Below are positions 1 through 9,431 of a stretch of DNA of 64,000 bases, in pieces; position 1 is the stretch's first letter; each line of letters starts with the position of its first letter. Below the pieces are notes generated by a model that worked only from the letters and a program-made list of their open reading frames with translations, searched no databases and had not been told where the DNA came from. The stretch spans positions 10,282-74,281 of the forward strand of contig JAJFVH010000135.1 of assembly GCA_021371875.1 (NCBI GenBank). The letters run 5' to 3'. Source of the stretch: Bacteroidales bacterium (GTDB lineage Bacteria; Bacteroidota; Bacteroidia; Bacteroidales; Paludibacteraceae). Made by a program: the position numbers and the translations under genes.

Positions 1-134
1 CACCTGTAAATTAACGAAGGAAAATGTATTTAATTTCAAACATTATTCATAATAATGCATTTATATGCACATTTGCCCGATAAAAAATGTTTTTAAATAT
101 GGTTTTTTATGTTTTATGACTAAAATTGTTTCCG

Positions 135-142
135 TACTTTTG
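135..142 (+). promoter_or_regulatory. Bacteroidetes sigma-A -7 box (TAnnTTTG) upstream of pyrE
   Basis: TACTTTTG ~70 nt upstream of the ATG at 210. Confidence 0.55.
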
Positions 143-209
143 TAGCTCAAAACACATTCTTTCAACAAGGTATAAAAAAGAAGTTTACTTAACGAAAAAT
201 AAGCACATT

Positions 210-851
210 ATGAAAGTATTAGAAAAAGCCGTAGCTGAAAAGCTACTCAAAATAAAAGCGGTAAAATTGCAACCCAGAAATCCTTTTACCTGGGCTTCGG
301 GATGGAAATCGCCCATATATTGCGATAATCGCAAGACTCTTTCATATCCTCAAATCCGTACCTTTATCAAAGTTGAAATTTCCCGTTTGATACTGGAATT
401 ATATCCCGATGTAGAAGTGATTGCCGGAGTAGCAACAGGAGCCATCGCTCAGGGAGCATTGGTAGCCGATGCACTCGGATTGCCGTTTATTTATATCCGC
501 CCTACGCCGAAAGATCACGGATTGGAAAATATGATTGAAGGCGATTTGCGCCCTGGACAAAAAGTAGTTGTTATCGAGGATTTGATTTCGACAGGCGGAA
601 GCAGCCTGAAAGCGGTGGATGCTATTCGTAACGATGGGTCCGAAGTATTGGGAATGGTAGCTATTTTCTCTTACGGTTTCCCGGTGGCGGAACGAAGATT
701 CAAGGCGGCAAAGGTAAAACTCACCACGCTTTGTAACTACGATTCGGTTTTGGCAGAGGCTTTAGCCACAAATTATATTGCTGTCGACGATATTGAAACG
801 CTTAAAGAATGGCGTGAAAATCCTGCTGAATGGAGAAAAGACCTGAAATGA
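210..851 (+). CDS. pyrE: orotate phosphoribosyltransferase
   Basis: FTWASGWKSPIYCDNR and PRPP-binding VVVIEDLISTGGSS motifs; start taken at ATG 210 (MKVLEK) rather than TTG 126. Confidence 0.96.
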   Translation: MKVLEKAVAEKLLKIKAVKLQPRNPFTWASGWKSPIYCDNRKTLSYPQIRTFIKVEISRLILELYPDVEVIAGVATGAIAQGALVADALGLPFIYIRPTPKDHGLENMIEGDLRPGQKVVVIEDLISTGGSSLKAVDAIRNDGSEVLGMVAIFSYGFPVAERRFKAAKVKLTTLCNYDSVLAEALATNYIAVDDIETLKEWRENPAEWRKDLK

Positions 852-899
852 TTTGCAAGTTGTTGATTTAATTGTGTATTGTAAAATTCAGATAAAAAT

Positions 900-1319
900 A
901 TGACAACATACGAAAGCGATATCAAAACCATTTCTTCGTCGGAGGAAATGGTTTTTGGCATACTAAGCGACCTGAATAATCTGGAAAAGCTAAGCAAAAA
1001 TCCGGCATTGAGCGATAAAGTGAAAGACATGCAGTTCGACAAAGACAATTGCAGTTTCACTTTGGATGGTTTTGGCCGAATTGGGTTCCACATTGTTGAG
1101 CGTGAACCTTTTAAAACCATCAAGCTGAAATCTGAAAATTCACCGGTGGATATCAATGCATGGATTCAACTCAAGCAAGTGGGCGAAAACGACACACGGA
1201 TGAAACTCACCATGAAAGCAGAATTGCCTGCGATGATTAAAATGATGGTGGATAAAAAACTGAAAGAAGGAATCAACGTGATAGCGGATACATTGGCAAA
1301 AGCGTTGTCAACCTCCTAA
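900..1319 (+). CDS. SRPBCC/CoxG-like (polyketide cyclase fold) protein
   Basis: 139 aa, VFGILSDLNNLEKL pattern and C-terminal helix; typical pyrE neighbour in Bacteroidetes. Confidence 0.75.
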   Translation: MTTYESDIKTISSSEEMVFGILSDLNNLEKLSKNPALSDKVKDMQFDKDNCSFTLDGFGRIGFHIVEREPFKTIKLKSENSPVDINAWIQLKQVGENDTRMKLTMKAELPAMIKMMVDKKLKEGINVIADTLAKALSTS

Positions 1320-1465
1320 AGCCCCCAAAGTGGGACTTTATAAAGGTGGTTTTTTAAAGGTGGTTTATCAAATATAATAAAGAATACAAACTAATTACAA
1401 TTCCCCCTTGCTGCGTCTCGACTTTACCGGTCTCGACTTCAGGCGAGAGGGGATGGAAGGGGCTT
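1311..1465. repeat. degenerate GC-rich palindromic (REP-like) element between SRPBCC gene and argH
   Basis: ACCTCCTAAAGCCCCCAAAGTGGGAC at left; TCCCCCTTGC...GCGAGAGGGGATGGAAGGGGCT at right; internal direct repeat GTCTCGACTT at 1415-1424 and 1430-1439; resembles the ends of the metH insert. Confidence 0.45.
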
Positions 1466-2797
1466 ATGAAACTTTGGGAAAAAGACATGCAGGTCGATGC
1501 GAAAATTGAAGCATTTACGGTTGGTCGCGACCGCGAAATGGACGTTTCTCTGGCAAAATACGATGTGTTGGGTTCGATGGCTCACATCCGCATGTTGCAA
1601 TCGGTGGGTTTGCTCGAAGCCGACGAACTTGAATTGCTGCTTGCCGAACTGAAATCGATTTACAAACTTGCCGAATCGGGAAAATTTGTGATTGAAGAGG
1701 GTGTGGAAGATGTTCATTCGCAAGTGGAAATGTTGCTTACCCGTAAGTTGGGCGATATTGGCAAAAAGATTCATAGCGGACGTTCGCGCAACGATCAGGT
1801 GCTGGTCGATTTAAAATTATTTGCTCGTACCGAAATTGCTAAAACAGTTTCGGCTGTCAACGATCTTTTCGAAGTACTGATAGCTCAAAGCAACCGGTAC
1901 AAAGACGTTCTTTTGCCTGGCTACACCCATTTACAGGTGGCTATGCCTTCGTCGTTCGGGCTATGGTTTGGCGCTTATGCCGAAAGCCTGGCCGACGACA
2001 TGCAACTTCTGCTTTCAGCCTGGAAAATAACCAACCGTAATCCGTTGGGTTCGGCTGCCGGTTACGGATCATCATTTCCGTTAAATCGGCAAATGACAAC
2101 CGATTTGCTTGGTTTCGACACCATGAATTACAATGTGGTGTATGCCCAAATGGGTCGCGGAAAAATGGAACGTACCGTCGCCAATGCCTTGGCAAGTGTG
2201 GCTGCAACCATTTCGAAATTAGCTTTCGATGCCTGCATGTTTACTTCGCAGAATTTCGGTTTTATTAAATTACCCGATGAATTCACAACCGGTTCGAGCA
2301 TCATGCCGCACAAGAAAAACCCCGATGTTTTCGAATTGACACGTGCCAAATGCAATAAAATTCAATCGCTTCCACAGCAAATTATGTTGATAACCAACAA
2401 TTTGCCATCGGGTTATTTCCGCGATTTACAGATTATTAAGGAGATTTTTATTCCTGCTTTTGCCGAATTACACGACTGTATTGAAATGACTGCCTTGATG
2501 ATGGCTCAGGTGAAAGTGAATACCGAAATACTCAACGATCCGCGCTACGATTTTCTTTTCAGCGTGGAAGAAGTAAACCGCCTCACTTTATCAGGCGTTC
2601 CGTTCCGCGATGCTTACAAACAGGTAGGGCTCGAAATTGAAGCCGGCAACTTTAAACCAGACAAAACGGTGAATCATACTCACGAAGGAAGTATCGGTAA
2701 TTTGTGTAACGAAGAAATAACGGCTTATAAAAATGAAATAATGAAGCAATTTGGATTTGAAAAAGTCCGACTTGCCGAAAAGAAATTAGTAGAATAA
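1466..2797 (+). CDS. argH: argininosuccinate lyase
   Basis: HSGRSRNDQV, PGYTHLQ, GSSIMPHKKNPD fumarate-lyase superfamily signature. Confidence 0.97.
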   Translation: MKLWEKDMQVDAKIEAFTVGRDREMDVSLAKYDVLGSMAHIRMLQSVGLLEADELELLLAELKSIYKLAESGKFVIEEGVEDVHSQVEMLLTRKLGDIGKKIHSGRSRNDQVLVDLKLFARTEIAKTVSAVNDLFEVLIAQSNRYKDVLLPGYTHLQVAMPSSFGLWFGAYAESLADDMQLLLSAWKITNRNPLGSAAGYGSSFPLNRQMTTDLLGFDTMNYNVVYAQMGRGKMERTVANALASVAATISKLAFDACMFTSQNFGFIKLPDEFTTGSSIMPHKKNPDVFELTRAKCNKIQSLPQQIMLITNNLPSGYFRDLQIIKEIFIPAFAELHDCIEMTALMMAQVKVNTEILNDPRYDFLFSVEEVNRLTLSGVPFRDAYKQVGLEIEAGNFKPDKTVNHTHEGSIGNLCNEEITAYKNEIMKQFGFEKVRLAEKKLVE

Positions 2798-2820
2798 GTG
2801 TAGGATTTTACAAAAAAAAT

Positions 2821-2858
2821 AAGCAGCCTCCGAAATTGAATAATTTTGGAGGCTGTTT
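2821..2858. terminator. intrinsic (probably bidirectional) terminator after argH
   Basis: AAGCAGCCTCCGAAATT-GAAT-AATTTTGGAGGCTGTTT hairpin between convergent genes. Confidence 0.75.
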
Positions 2859-2884
2859 AATTTATTGCCGGATTATTGTAAACT

Positions 2885-3300
2885 TTATTTAAACCGCCAA
2901 CCAATACGCCATTCAACATGAACCGATTGGTATGTAGAGTCCAAATAATCGAGTGCACTTAGCTGTAAGGAAGTTTGAAAACCAAATTTAGTAATGTAAC
3001 TTAATCCAACAGGCACTTCAAAAAACAAATATCCGCTTTCATTTCCATAAAGCAACCCTACAAAAGGAAAAAAACCGCTTGTACTTGTTTTTGTTGGTAA
3101 GATATAATTTGGGTTCAAACGAGTAATAGTATTTGGTTACATCACTTCCGCCAAGATTCAATTCGAGGATAATATTGGGAGATGTAAAATAATCCAGACT
3201 TCCTGTATACATTCCACCGTCATCCGTAAACAAAGAAATTCCTGTACTTAAACTAAACGATGTTTCATACGAGGACTTTGGTAACCCAACATATCGACCA
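2885..3300 (-). pseudogene. frameshifted outer-membrane beta-barrel protein remnant
   Basis: Two overlapping ORFs (3039-3233, 2885-3118) read as consecutive amphipathic strands (SLDYFTSPNIILELNLG... then FPFVGLLYG...VEWRIGWRFK with terminal aromatic); no intact start or signal peptide; 5' boundary approximate. Confidence 0.55.
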
Positions 3301-3443
3301 TGCCATTTGAATACTCAATTTTCGTTAAATTACTGAGTTTGGTGGTAAATTGCGGGACTGTAAATTACTATGATCTCTGAAATATTAAAACACGACATTA
3401 TATTTGTCTGATTGCTTATGCATGAATATCGATAGATCGAAAG

Positions 3444-6400
3444 TTATTTTTTGATTAATTTAGAGAAATACTTATTTCCATCGGCTGTTTCAACCAACAG
3501 GAAATAAATCCCTTTAGTGATTTCAGCCTCAGGAGTTATTAAATCGCCTTTATTTATATCGGTTTTGTGCCACAGCTTTTGCCCCTGTATATTCAATAGT
3601 TCAACAGCAAATGAAGTTTCGTTTTCAGGAAGTTTGACAGCAAACGAAAAAGTATAAGGATTTGGGAAAATTTCAAGTGAATTTTGGGAACCATTTCCTT
3701 TTAATCCAGAAGCCAAATCCCAGATAATTGGGAGTTTATGTATGTATTTCACAGGTAATTCCGCATTATAAATACGCACTTCGTCAACAGTTCCGCTGAA
3801 ATTATAATTGGGTTCCGACTCGTCTTTTCGGGCTATCGTAATACTTTTGGATGATGTCCCTATATTTCCGGTCAACGCTTTGTACCCTACCAACAAACCA
3901 TTTCGGTAAAGTTCCAGCGAGTATCCGGTGTAAAGTCCGGTATAATGTACAAAAGTTCCGGTTTGCAAAGCTATGTTATCATCAACATCGGCAATCCCAT
4001 TGGAAGTTTTCAATGTCCAGCGCATTTTTTTTTCGGATGTTATGGACATTTTGTAACGCTCTTCGTAACTTCCGTGCGAAATAACAAACTGCTCGTAATT
4101 GGGCAACAAATCAGGTTTGATCCAAAGAGAAACTGATAGTTTATCGGTAAAATTGAGAGCCGGATCGTTAGGCGTGAAAATATACTGGCTACTGTTTGAA
4201 AAACTATAAGCACTGCCAGCCGTTCCACGTTGATCCACAGTAGCAACCGCACTGTTCGAAACGGCATGCAAGGCATCCTGAGCAGCATTTTTTGTATCTC
4301 CGTTGAAAGGATAATAAACAAGGACTTTTTCAGTTATTGATTCCGATTGCATATCTTTTACCAGCACGCTTTTGATACTTGTTACCGTACCAAGCAGGTT
4401 GGTGACTGTAAGCGCCAGAGAATACAATCCGGAAACATTGGGCAAAATCCATGTTGGCGAAAGCGTATTTGTATTTTGAAGTTCACCTCCACGGCATTCC
4501 CAGCTATAAGTTGCCGTTGAAGGGATTATCGTAGCTTCGGCATTTATTGAGCCGGCAGTGCTGTATGGTTCAGTTCCCGAAATGGAAAGGCTGTTGATTT
4601 TAGGAGCTACCTCACCCTGAGGAGCTACGGTTATTTCAATTTCGCTACTGGTTATCGTTTTATAGTTCGAAGTAACTTCGCATTTGATTGTATAAATACC
4701 ACTCGTTGCCGGAGCAGTCCAATTCAGAGCGGCGGTTGTAGCTCCGGTGATAACAGTTCCATTCTGATACCATTTAAAAGTTGTTGTCTCCGAATTATTT
4801 TCAATCAAACAATTAAAAGTCACAACCTCAAGGCTCACGGCGCGAGTTTTATCCGAACTAAAAGCTTTTATCCGAAGCGGATTGGTGTAATTATATCCGA
4901 AATGATAATCGATGACGCTGCCTTCATAAATCTTTCGAATTCGCCCTACTGTTTGTTTACTTTGATCAGGCGGAATTACAACAAGAAGCCTGGTAGCATC
5001 TGCATTTATATTAAAGGGAACCGTTCCGCTCACATTTGTTTTCAGCACGGTTTCCGAAATGGCATCGTAGATATCGTAAGTTCCTGCAGGAAGTTCAATA
5101 TTGACAGATTGAGCAGTTGTCGTGGAATTGTAATATAAATAAGTCGGATAAGTGTTTTCAACTCTGAAATCTGTTTTATTCAAATCAATCTGCAAAATTC
5201 CTTCCACATTGGTTTTATTTATGATTGATGCAAGATAACCAACTGCAGAACCGCTGTAAAGCGACAGATTGGTCGCTGCCCAGCCTCCGTTCACCGCATC
5301 GCCTGTGGCATAAGGAGTTTTTCCACCCGAAACCTGCTTCATGGCTTCGAAAGGTATGCAGGAATTAGTATCATATTGTTTTGCCCAGACGTTACTCGAT
5401 GCATGCTGATTGGCATCAGGCAAGCCGTTTGCATAGAAAAGCCTGCTTGCATTGGCAAGGTTCAATATCCATTTGCCTATGGCACGCGCATAACGTTTAT
5501 CGTATTTTGCAACCGGAGCCAAAGTGGCAGCATGCTGAAATCCATTCATTATAAAAGCATAATCATTGCCTCCGTCATTGGCTTCGCCTATCAATCCGGA
5601 AACATCGTATCCGTTCCATTTTCCAATGATGGTTCCCCAGCTGCGCAAAGTTTCCGAACCAGAAGAGAAAGTCCAATTAAGCATTTTATCGATGTCGTAA
5701 TTGGTTCCTTCCACAGCGTTCATGCGTGTAGCCGTTGCGATTCCGTAAGGCAACTGAATTTCGTAAGAAGGATTTGTTGTCCAGTTTTGAAGAAAATCCA
5801 GTGCCAATTCGGCTCCCTGAAGGTATTTTGGTTCTTTGGTTTGCACGTAAGCCTGATACAATATCCAGGCAATAGAACCTGCCGATTCAGGTTCGGGAAC
5901 ACTGCTCGTATTAGGTAGGCCTGTGAGTAAATTAAAAGCCCGGTAATTCATCAAGGGAGCTGTCCATGGTTGTACTTTGGCTCCAAGTTGGAACAGTACA
6001 TTCAGTTGCCTGTCGGCTATGATTCTGAACTGACTTGCAAAATCGGCATCTACATTGGGGTAAAGCGCATAAAGCTGATAGAAGAAAACGTTTGGCATAA
6101 GTTCGTACCACCAGTCTCCTCCTGTTCCACTACTGTAACTATTCAGGTAAACGTTTTGTCCGTTTTTCAGGTTATAGAAATCTTTAATTTTCTGCACCCA
6201 GTTAGTATTCAAATGTGTAGCTTTATTAACACCTACCAAAGAAGCGCCTACCACAGCAGGAATAATGTTAATGGCCTCGGCTACATTGCCGTGATTGCTT
6301 TGACCGACATAAGTATCCATACGAATATTCTGAACATCGCTGTAATTTACGCCTGCTGCCGTATTGATTCGGGTCAGCGGAAGGTTGGCGCCGGTTTTCT

Positions 6401-6572
6401 CCGTATTAAAAACAAAATTATCATAATCCAGAGTCACTTGTTTCCATTCACGCATAACATAGGGTGATGGTTTGTTAGGCATTAGATCGATTCTTGGGAT
6501 TGATCTCTGTTGAGCATCACATAAAAGAACAGAGAGAAGAAGGGGTAGTATGAATAGAACTGATTTTCTCAT
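3444..6572 (-). CDS. T9SS-secreted multidomain protein: uncharacterised ~530-aa putative glycoside hydrolase domain + Ig/PKD-like domains + LamG + T9SS C-terminal sorting domain
   Basis: Signal peptide; N-terminal domain paralogous to 13984-15711; LamG motifs (YYPFNG, GTVDEVRIYN); CTD IFPNP...KGIYFL...KLIKK. Confidence 0.8.
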   Translation of the reverse strand: MRKSVLFILPLLLSVLLCDAQQRSIPRIDLMPNKPSPYVMREWKQVTLDYDNFVFNTEKTGANLPLTRINTAAGVNYSDVQNIRMDTYVGQSNHGNVAEAINIIPAVVGASLVGVNKATHLNTNWVQKIKDFYNLKNGQNVYLNSYSSGTGGDWWYELMPNVFFYQLYALYPNVDADFASQFRIIADRQLNVLFQLGAKVQPWTAPLMNYRAFNLLTGLPNTSSVPEPESAGSIAWILYQAYVQTKEPKYLQGAELALDFLQNWTTNPSYEIQLPYGIATATRMNAVEGTNYDIDKMLNWTFSSGSETLRSWGTIIGKWNGYDVSGLIGEANDGGNDYAFIMNGFQHAATLAPVAKYDKRYARAIGKWILNLANASRLFYANGLPDANQHASSNVWAKQYDTNSCIPFEAMKQVSGGKTPYATGDAVNGGWAATNLSLYSGSAVGYLASIINKTNVEGILQIDLNKTDFRVENTYPTYLYYNSTTTAQSVNIELPAGTYDIYDAISETVLKTNVSGTVPFNINADATRLLVVIPPDQSKQTVGRIRKIYEGSVIDYHFGYNYTNPLRIKAFSSDKTRAVSLEVVTFNCLIENNSETTTFKWYQNGTVITGATTAALNWTAPATSGIYTIKCEVTSNYKTITSSEIEITVAPQGEVAPKINSLSISGTEPYSTAGSINAEATIIPSTATYSWECRGGELQNTNTLSPTWILPNVSGLYSLALTVTNLLGTVTSIKSVLVKDMQSESITEKVLVYYPFNGDTKNAAQDALHAVSNSAVATVDQRGTAGSAYSFSNSSQYIFTPNDPALNFTDKLSVSLWIKPDLLPNYEQFVISHGSYEERYKMSITSEKKMRWTLKTSNGIADVDDNIALQTGTFVHYTGLYTGYSLELYRNGLLVGYKALTGNIGTSSKSITIARKDESEPNYNFSGTVDEVRIYNAELPVKYIHKLPIIWDLASGLKGNGSQNSLEIFPNPYTFSFAVKLPENETSFAVELLNIQGQKLWHKTDINKGDLITPEAEITKGIYFLLVETADGNKYFSKLIKK

Positions 6573-6590
6573 AAATATTTTATGAATTAA

Positions 6591-8225
6591 TTATTTAGCA
6601 TTATTTAAACGATAGATGAGAAAACGATTAGTTTGTAAATCAGTGGTTCCCAACAGTTTTCTGGCCTTACGCGGGAGTTTTACTTTTTGGGCAGTGCCGA
6701 AATTAATAGTGACTGTGATTTCTGTTTTTTCATAAACACGTGTAAATGAAATACAATCATTTTTACAGTCCAAATTTTTATATACCCCGTACTGAAGAGT
6801 TTTCTCTTCATTTCGTAAACGGATTAACAATCTGTAAACATGAAGCATTGAATTCTCATCATTTATGGCGTTTTCAACATTGACTTCCTTTGCATTTTCG
6901 TGTAGGTTTATCCAGGGTTTTACCTTCGAAAAACTGGCATAAACAGTGCTATCCCATTGCATAGGACTGCGTGATTTATCACGATTGTGGCTATTCCCCT
7001 CGGCAAGAGCTTCTTCACCCGTTTTTCCGTCATCCAGTGCAAGTTTGTAAAAGGTTTTTCCCTGAATATCCACAATCTCATCATAATTGTTAGCAGTTAT
7101 GTCTTGCATACCAATTTCTTCGCCATAGTAAATAAAAGGAACACCTTTGGCAGTAAGCATCAAGGTGGCCAATGCCAGCGCCTTTTGAGGATCATTATTC
7201 GCCAGGCGATTCATTAGTCGGGGATTGTCGTGGCTGCCAAAAAACAAAGTCGGATAATTACTCATATTTTTTTCCATGCTTAGGAGTTCAGCGAAAAGGC
7301 GTTTCGCCGAGAATGCCGGAATGCTTCCGAAATTAAAATTGAAAACCACATCCAACAAATCGGGGGATTGATATTGTTTTAGAACTTCAATCTGATCGTT
7401 TCCTACTTCACCAACCGTGAAACGGCAGGGATATTCGTTTACAGTAGATTTTATAGTAGCTATGGCGGCTTTTACACCTGGTTGGTTAATGTTGTAAATG
7501 TGCTGTTGTTTACCATCTTTCAGTGGATTATTAGTAGTAATGTCATTGGTATGCAGAAAATTAATTACATCGAAACGAAAGCCATCAATGCCCAGATCGA
7601 GCCAAAACCGAAGCACCTTTTGTACTTCTTTTACAACTGACGGATTGGTCCAGTTGAGGTCGGCCATTCGTACAGCAAATTTATGCAGATAATATTGATT
7701 GGTAAGCGTATCTAATTGCCATGCCCCACCACCAAAAAATGATTCCCAGTTGTTGGGCTCGTTTTTCCAAATATAATAGTTGCGATAAGGATTGTCTTTT
7801 GATTTTCGGGATTCCTGAAACCAATGGCAATCAGTGGAGGTGTGATTAAGTACCATGTCCATAATGACCTTTATGCCGCGTTTGTGAGCTTCGTTCAGGA
7901 AGTACTGAAAATCATTCATCGTTCCGTAGGTCGGATCAATCTGATAATAATCGGCCACATCGTACCCATTATCGACTTTGGGCGATTGTAAAAAAGGAGT
8001 CAGCCAAATGCCTTTTATACCGAGCGATTGCAAATAATCGAGCCGGGATGTCATTCCGTTGAAATCACTGAAGCCATCGTTGTTGCTATCTTGAAACGAG
8101 GGCATATAAATCTGATAAAAAACGGTTTCTTTCCACCATGTTCGGGCCACAGTTTGCCCTTCCGCTTGTAAGTAAACAGACATTGAGAAAACAAGCAACC
8201 AATATCTTAAAGAGTTACTAAACAT
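6591..8225 (-). CDS. GH13 alpha-glucosidase (oligo-1,6-glucosidase / trehalose-6-P hydrolase-like), exported
   Basis: WWKETVFYQIY, DNGYDVADY, DMVLNHTS, GFRFDVIN (nucleophile), VGEV, GSHDNPR, RSPMQWD; N-terminal signal peptide. Confidence 0.9.
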   Translation of the reverse strand: MFSNSLRYWLLVFSMSVYLQAEGQTVARTWWKETVFYQIYMPSFQDSNNDGFSDFNGMTSRLDYLQSLGIKGIWLTPFLQSPKVDNGYDVADYYQIDPTYGTMNDFQYFLNEAHKRGIKVIMDMVLNHTSTDCHWFQESRKSKDNPYRNYYIWKNEPNNWESFFGGGAWQLDTLTNQYYLHKFAVRMADLNWTNPSVVKEVQKVLRFWLDLGIDGFRFDVINFLHTNDITTNNPLKDGKQQHIYNINQPGVKAAIATIKSTVNEYPCRFTVGEVGNDQIEVLKQYQSPDLLDVVFNFNFGSIPAFSAKRLFAELLSMEKNMSNYPTLFFGSHDNPRLMNRLANNDPQKALALATLMLTAKGVPFIYYGEEIGMQDITANNYDEIVDIQGKTFYKLALDDGKTGEEALAEGNSHNRDKSRSPMQWDSTVYASFSKVKPWINLHENAKEVNVENAINDENSMLHVYRLLIRLRNEEKTLQYGVYKNLDCKNDCISFTRVYEKTEITVTINFGTAQKVKLPRKARKLLGTTDLQTNRFLIYRLNNAK

Positions 8226-8243
8226 GGTTCTGACTTTTAATGG

Positions 8244-8287
8244 AGAAAGAAGAGGCCTGACTTATGAATAAGACAAGCCCCTTTTCT
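8244..8287 (-). terminator. intra-PUL hairpin / partial terminator after the surface glycan-binding gene
   Basis: Minus strand GGGGCTTGTCTTAT-TC-ATAAGTCAGGCCTC followed by TTCTTTCT. Confidence 0.45.
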
Positions 8288-8307
8288 GTGAAAACAACGT
8301 TCAACCT

Positions 8308-9378
8308 TTAGTTACTTTCTTCTTTGTATAATTTGGCTACTTGACCGTCAGTCAAAGCAATATTATAAAGTTTCAGTTCGTCCATAGAACCTACAAAATT
8401 GTCCCATGCTTTTGGAGTTTCAGACCAGGCCCAGTTCCATTCAGCTTTAGCTTCGGCATAAGTTGTACATGCACCAATCATCAAAGGTAAAGTGTTTTTA
8501 TATTGCCAAGCTCCTGTACCTGTTAAACCCGGCTTCGTTGTTGCAGTCCATTCCATGGTACTTACGCCATTCACATAAAAAGTCAATATTTTGGTATCCA
8601 TATTCAATGTTACCACCAGATGTGTCCATACTTTGTTTGGAGCAGAGAAATCAGCCTGGTTATCAGCATCAACCCAACCATCAGCATTGGTGTGAATGGT
8701 GAAGAACGGTTTATTTTGTTCTTGTAACTGGAATTTCCATGAGTTCCAATAATTATAGGACATAATATAGTTTCCAGCCCTTGTGGAATCGGGATTTACC
8801 CATACCGAAATGGATAATTGTTTACCCATCAGATCACTGGCAGTATAATTACTGATTTCAAGGTGAGAACCATTATTGAAATACATCGCTTTTCCTACTT
8901 TACCATCTTTAAATGTAGGTAAATTTGTAGCTGTTCCGAAGATTTCAGAAGGGCCTGATTTCAATACAGCTGTCCAGGGTTTTCCGGCAGTTGTGAGTTG
9001 AGTTCCGGTTCCTTCATCAAAGTTCAATCCCATAATTAACGAAGAAGCAGGAATGGCATCGTAAGCTGCCGCCAAAAACACTTCTTTAGCTTCTCTCAAC
9101 TGAATCACCAGATTATCAACGGCAGTTTGAGTAATGGCTGTGTTGAGAACAGCAGCTTTTGCAGTAGCCAAAATAGTGTTGAAAGTAGTGATGGCAGCCT
9201 GAGGATAATCGTCCGTTGTAGCGGCATCTGACAATTCCTGACAAGAATCAATTAAAGCGGTCAGCTTAGTAGTGTCAGCTGGTTCCACTTCATCTTTCTT
9301 ACAGCCGGTAAATGCTGAAGACAAAAAGATTAAAGATACACATGCAATAAATGCACTTTTAAAAATAATTTTTTTCAT
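8308..9378 (-). CDS. surface lipoprotein with helical (FIVAR-like) spacer and LamG domain; SGBP-B position
   Basis: Lipobox FTGC followed by KKDE; LamG motifs (GKVGKAMYF, WTHLVVT, GSMDELKLYN); directly downstream of SusD. Confidence 0.8.
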   Translation of the reverse strand: MKKIIFKSAFIACVSLIFLSSAFTGCKKDEVEPADTTKLTALIDSCQELSDAATTDDYPQAAITTFNTILATAKAAVLNTAITQTAVDNLVIQLREAKEVFLAAAYDAIPASSLIMGLNFDEGTGTQLTTAGKPWTAVLKSGPSEIFGTATNLPTFKDGKVGKAMYFNNGSHLEISNYTASDLMGKQLSISVWVNPDSTRAGNYIMSYNYWNSWKFQLQEQNKPFFTIHTNADGWVDADNQADFSAPNKVWTHLVVTLNMDTKILTFYVNGVSTMEWTATTKPGLTGTGAWQYKNTLPLMIGACTTYAEAKAEWNWAWSETPKAWDNFVGSMDELKLYNIALTDGQVAKLYKEESN

Positions 9379-9431
9379 GATAATTTAAATTTAATTGGTG
9401 TTTAATAATTGATTATGATATATATGTTAAT

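Noticed and set aside
126-209. Longer ORF starts for pyrE (126), MFS (17089), HTCS (18250) and cydB (58860)
   Set aside because: The extensions overlap promoter boxes, neighbouring genes or repeats and are not protein-like; downstream ATGs fit the family N-termini.
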